From the NCBI GenBank assembly GCA_963768055.1, contig CAVYGN010000001.1, positions 1,664,001-1,728,000 of the forward strand: a DNA stretch of 64,000 nucleotides, read 5' to 3'. Source of the stretch: an uncultured Spirochaetota bacterium (GTDB lineage Bacteria; Spirochaetota; Brevinematia; Brevinematales; JAOACQ01). Under the pieces are notes generated by a model, which was not told where the DNA came from, did not search any database, and was given only the letters and a program-made list of their open reading frames with translations. The stretch's first letter is position 1; the number at the start of each line of letters is the position of its first letter. This document shows positions 60,602-64,000 of the stretch, piece after piece. The position numbers and the translations under genes were made by a program.

Positions 60602-61660
60602 ATGGAAACAGGTCTTATCGGCTTGCCTCTCTCGGGAAAAACGACTATTTTCAATTCCCTGACAGGTAAAAACGCTTCGCTGTCTGCATATTCCGGAGGG
60701 AAAAAAGAAAAGAACATAGCTGAAATAAACGTGCCGGACAGCAGGGTCGATGTTCTGACTAAAATATTCAAGCCGAGAAAAACAATTTTTGCGACCGTGA
60801 CTTTTGAAGACCTTCAGATCGAGCTTTCCGAAGAAAAGGGGGGAGGGCTATCGCCCTCATCTATGGCCGATATCAGGAACCTCAGTGCTGTCGTCATTGT
60901 GATCAGGTCTTTCCTTAACGAAGCTATCCCTCACCCTTTTGATAAAATTGACCCGGCTGCTGATCTGAAAAAAATCCTGGATTCCCTTATTTACAGCGAC
61001 TATGAAATGATCGAGAAAAGGAAAGAAAGATTGAACAGGGAAGCGAAAAAATCTACACGGGAATACCTGCTTTTAGAAAGGATGTCGGAAACATTGTTAT
61101 CCGGTTCTCTTATCGGCGTTGATTTTTTATCGGAAGAGGACTCCCGGCTCTTTGCCGGCATCAACTTCATCACGACAAAACCTATTATAGTCATAATAAA
61201 TAGTGGCGAATCAAACGCAGACACCGGCGGTCTCGGGGATATGGCTGAAAATTATAAAATAACTGTTTTCCCGCTCAGGGGCGATCTTGAAATGGAAATA
61301 TCCCAGCTTCCAAGGGAGGACCAGAAGGATTTTCTGATAGATATGGGATTTTCCGAACCCGCGATGGACCGTTTTCTTCAATATATATACAAAACATTAA
61401 ACCTTATTTCTTTTCTTACGGTCGGGGAGGATGAGGTAAGGGCATGGAGCATTCCAGGCGGATTTAATGCGCAGAAAGCGGCGGGAAGGATCCATACGGA
61501 TCTTGAAAAGGGTTTCATCCGGGCCGAAGTCGTATCGTTTGAGGATCTTGCCGCCTGCGGAAGCCTTCAGGAAGCGAAAAAAACAGGCAAACTCAGACTC
61601 GAAGGCAAAGAATATGCAGTAAAAGACGGCGACGTGATAAACATTCTATTCAATGTTTGA
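60602..61660 (+). CDS. ychF: YchF/OLA1-family P-loop NTPase
   Basis: GLPLSGKTT, FLTVGEDEVRAW, AAGRIHTDLEKGFIRAEV and EGKEYAVKDGD motifs. Confidence 0.88.
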   Translation: METGLIGLPLSGKTTIFNSLTGKNASLSAYSGGKKEKNIAEINVPDSRVDVLTKIFKPRKTIFATVTFEDLQIELSEEKGGGLSPSSMADIRNLSAVVIVIRSFLNEAIPHPFDKIDPAADLKKILDSLIYSDYEMIEKRKERLNREAKKSTREYLLLERMSETLLSGSLIGVDFLSEEDSRLFAGINFITTKPIIVIINSGESNADTGGLGDMAENYKITVFPLRGDLEMEISQLPREDQKDFLIDMGFSEPAMDRFLQYIYKTLNLISFLTVGEDEVRAWSIPGGFNAQKAAGRIHTDLEKGFIRAEVVSFEDLAACGSLQEAKKTGKLRLEGKEYAVKDGDVINILFNV

Positions 61661-61829
61661 TATCAGAAACAACAAAAATAATTCCAAAACCTTTTGACAA
61701 TAAACAGCATTTTGCATATTTTATAATAAGTGCAATTCTGTTAATTCAAGAATTGCCCTTTGAAATAGAAATTTTTGTTTATTCTTTATATTTGCATAGA
61801 AATCATTATTAGCGATTTACGAGGGCATT

Positions 61830-62783
61830 ATGATTTTATCACTTATACCGCCCAAGATCATACCGCGGGAATTTTTTGACCGGTTCGAAAAATTAATTGG
61901 TGAAAAGATCCTCTCATTGCCGGGTTCGGGAGAAGCGGCCGATAATAAATTGCTTGATCAGGTCGATATTCTGATCATTTTCGGAAGGATGGGCAGAGAG
62001 GCCCTGATTAATTACCCGGCTTTAAAATGGGTTTTCAGCATCAGCGCCGGCGTGGAAAAGATTCCTTTTGAAGAATTGAAAAGTAAAGGCGTGATTGTCT
62101 CAAATACAAGGGGAATACATGGCGAACAGATGGCTGAGCATGTCATCGGTTTCATATTATCATTTTCGCGGCAGCTTGCCGTTGCCAGGGATAACCAGCG
62201 CCTGAGAAAATGGTTCCAGGCGCTCCCGGTCTATGAACTTCCGGAAAAGAAACTCCTCATAATCGGGGCGGGAAGCATAGGCAGGGAGATTGCAAGGAAA
62301 GCCTCGGTCTTCGATATGAATATCACCGGGATTAGAAAGAATCCGGAAAACCTTGATAATTTTAACAGTATAGCGGGTCCGGACCTGCTTTATGAGAAGC
62401 TTGGAGAGGCTGATTTCGTTGTCCTTGTCACACCGCTTACGGATGAAACCTATCATATAATGGGGGCCGCCGAATTCAAGGCCATGAAAAAGGAATCATA
62501 TTTCATAAATATTTCCAGGGGCGATACTGTTGACGAAACTGCGCTGATAGAGGCTCTAAGGGCAGGCACGATAGCGGGGGCCGCTCTTGATGTATTTCAT
62601 ACCGAGCCTCTTCCGGCGAACAGCCCTCTCTGGGGAATGGAAAATGTGATCATCACCCCCCATAACTCCGGGATCAGCCCTCTTTATATGGACAAAACCT
62701 TCGAAATATTCCGGAAGAGCCTTTCCCTTTTCCGCGAGGGTAAACTACCGTTGAACATTATCGATCTGGACAGGAAATATTAA
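61830..62783 (+). CDS. D-2-hydroxyacid dehydrogenase
   Basis: GAGSIG, NISRG, LDVFHTEPLP and ITPH motifs. Confidence 0.93.
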   Translation: MILSLIPPKIIPREFFDRFEKLIGEKILSLPGSGEAADNKLLDQVDILIIFGRMGREALINYPALKWVFSISAGVEKIPFEELKSKGVIVSNTRGIHGEQMAEHVIGFILSFSRQLAVARDNQRLRKWFQALPVYELPEKKLLIIGAGSIGREIARKASVFDMNITGIRKNPENLDNFNSIAGPDLLYEKLGEADFVVLVTPLTDETYHIMGAAEFKAMKKESYFINISRGDTVDETALIEALRAGTIAGAALDVFHTEPLPANSPLWGMENVIITPHNSGISPLYMDKTFEIFRKSLSLFREGKLPLNIIDLDRKY

Positions 62784-62808
62784 GGCGGGTACATTTGGAG
62801 GAGCGGCC

Positions 62809-63372
62809 ATGTACATCGATACTTTGAGCGTAATCAAGAACAGGAGAAGTATAAGGAACTTTAAAACTGACCAGATCGCCGAAAAAGATCTGCAGGCGGT
62901 TCTTGAAGCGGGTTTATACGCCCCAAGCGCAAGGAACGAACAGCCATGGCATTTTACTGTTATCCAGAAGAGGTCCCTTCTCGACCAGTTGACAAAATTG
63001 GCGAAAGAAGCCTTAAATCATACCGATCTGGATTTTTTGCAGAGAATCCTTCAAGACGCCGACTTCGATTTCTTTTATCATGCGCCTACGGTGGTAATAA
63101 TTTCCGGCGATAAAAACGCAATGTCCCCCCATGCCTCATGCGCTGCCGCGGCGGAGAACATCCTTATCGCCGCCGAATCGATCGGCCTGGGGTCATGCTG
63201 GATAAGCATGCCTGTAAGAATGATCAACAGTGAAGCCGGAGAATATTACAAAAAAGACCTGGAAATACCCGAGGATTTCTTACCTCTTTATTCAGTCGCA
63301 TTGGGTTACAAGGGCAATACCATCACCGAAGCCCCTCCCCGCAGGGCCAATACGATAAATTATGTAAGGTAG
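62809..63372 (+). CDS. Nitroreductase family protein
   Basis: RRSIRNF, APSARNEQPW and GLGSCW motifs. Confidence 0.93.
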   Translation: MYIDTLSVIKNRRSIRNFKTDQIAEKDLQAVLEAGLYAPSARNEQPWHFTVIQKRSLLDQLTKLAKEALNHTDLDFLQRILQDADFDFFYHAPTVVIISGDKNAMSPHASCAAAAENILIAAESIGLGSCWISMPVRMINSEAGEYYKKDLEIPEDFLPLYSVALGYKGNTITEAPPRRANTINYVR

Positions 63373-63564
63373 GGCCGTTCAAACAACACTCAGCTTGTAT
63401 GGAGTCAATTTTTATCTCGCTACCCACACCCCGCCGGGTCGGGATAAACCCTTACAGGATAATCACTGCGTTCAAAATGACATCTTGACTTTTTCTGTCC
63501 TATTATTATTTTTTAATTATATATACTTGTTATTTGAGTTAATAATAAAAATTGGAGGTTTTGT

Positions 63565-64000
63565 ATGATAAGCAAAGATGATAAACTTATTTTAGTAACC
63601 GGTGCGACGGGCCGGCAGGGTCATGAGGTCGTATGCAGCCTATTGCAGAACGGGTGGAAGGTGAGCGCATTCACCAGAGGCCATTCCCAAAAGGCGATGG
63701 GTGATTTAAGGGATATGGGCTCAGGAATTGTAATCGGCGATATGGAGGATAAATCATCCCTTGACAGCGCAACGAAGGGAGTTTATGGCGTTTTCCTTGT
63801 GACTGCTTCTATGGAAGGCGGAGTCGCCGGAGAGGTAAAGAGGGGTAAAATGGTCGCTGCCGCAGCGAAAGCGGCCGGGGTAAAACACTTTGTATTCTCC
63901 TCGGTCGGGGCGTCGGAAAGGAATACCGGTATTCCATTTTTTGAAAGCAAAAGGGAGATAGAGATCTATATAAAGACAATCGGGCTTTCATTTACTATCT
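63565..64000 (+). CDS. NmrA-family NAD(P)-binding protein (3'-truncated by window edge)
   Basis: GGAGG RBS; ILVTGATGRQG; GVKHFVFSSV; frame runs off the window. Confidence 0.85.
   Translation, partial: MISKDDKLILVTGATGRQGHEVVCSLLQNGWKVSAFTRGHSQKAMGDLRDMGSGIVIGDMEDKSSLDSATKGVYGVFLVTASMEGGVAGEVKRGKMVAAAAKAAGVKHFVFSSVGASERNTGIPFFESKREIEIYIKTIGLSFTI

Noticed and set aside
38655..63462. 14-mer CCCTTACAGGATAA after two gene ends (38655 and 63449)
   Set aside because: Only two copies and no structure; insufficient to call an element.
1..64000. tRNA, rRNA or riboswitch genes
   Set aside because: None were recognised by eye; tRNAscan-SE and Rfam searches would be needed to exclude them.

Overview
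Bacterial chromosomal window. Spirochaete-like gene content (split groEL/groES, a FliG-C-like protein, CsgG-like/CBM proteins, an FGE-domain lipoprotein) is an inference and is not proven. Housekeeping blocks (GH27 alpha-galactosidase, groEL, leuA, GntR-trpB-trpA, GT2, groES, icd; then hisD, a CBM cluster, asd, PQQ-OmpA/pbpC/alpha-2-macroglobulin/cstA, ychF and others) flank a visibly AT-rich accessory region at about 14.6-33.0 kb. That region holds an OLD-like ATPase-TOPRIM gene, decayed ParB-like, FRG and antitoxin genes, and an intact IS1380 with TSD inside a probable IS1595 relic. Its standout feature is an apparently uncharacterised RiPP-type cluster: rSAM/SPASM, a 72-aa Cys/Trp precursor with a mycofactocin-like leader, an unannotated 29-aa ORF coupled at both ends, an RRE-fused rSAM/SPASM, and a membrane-anchored protein. 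The cluster is bracketed by diverged ~200-bp direct repeats. Other highlights are a Thr/Lys/Met leader-peptide attenuator before asd, an ECF sigma region-2/TM/FecR fusion, and a HutC-type GntR gene translationally linked to trpBA. All family calls come from motif reading by eye; no database searches were run.
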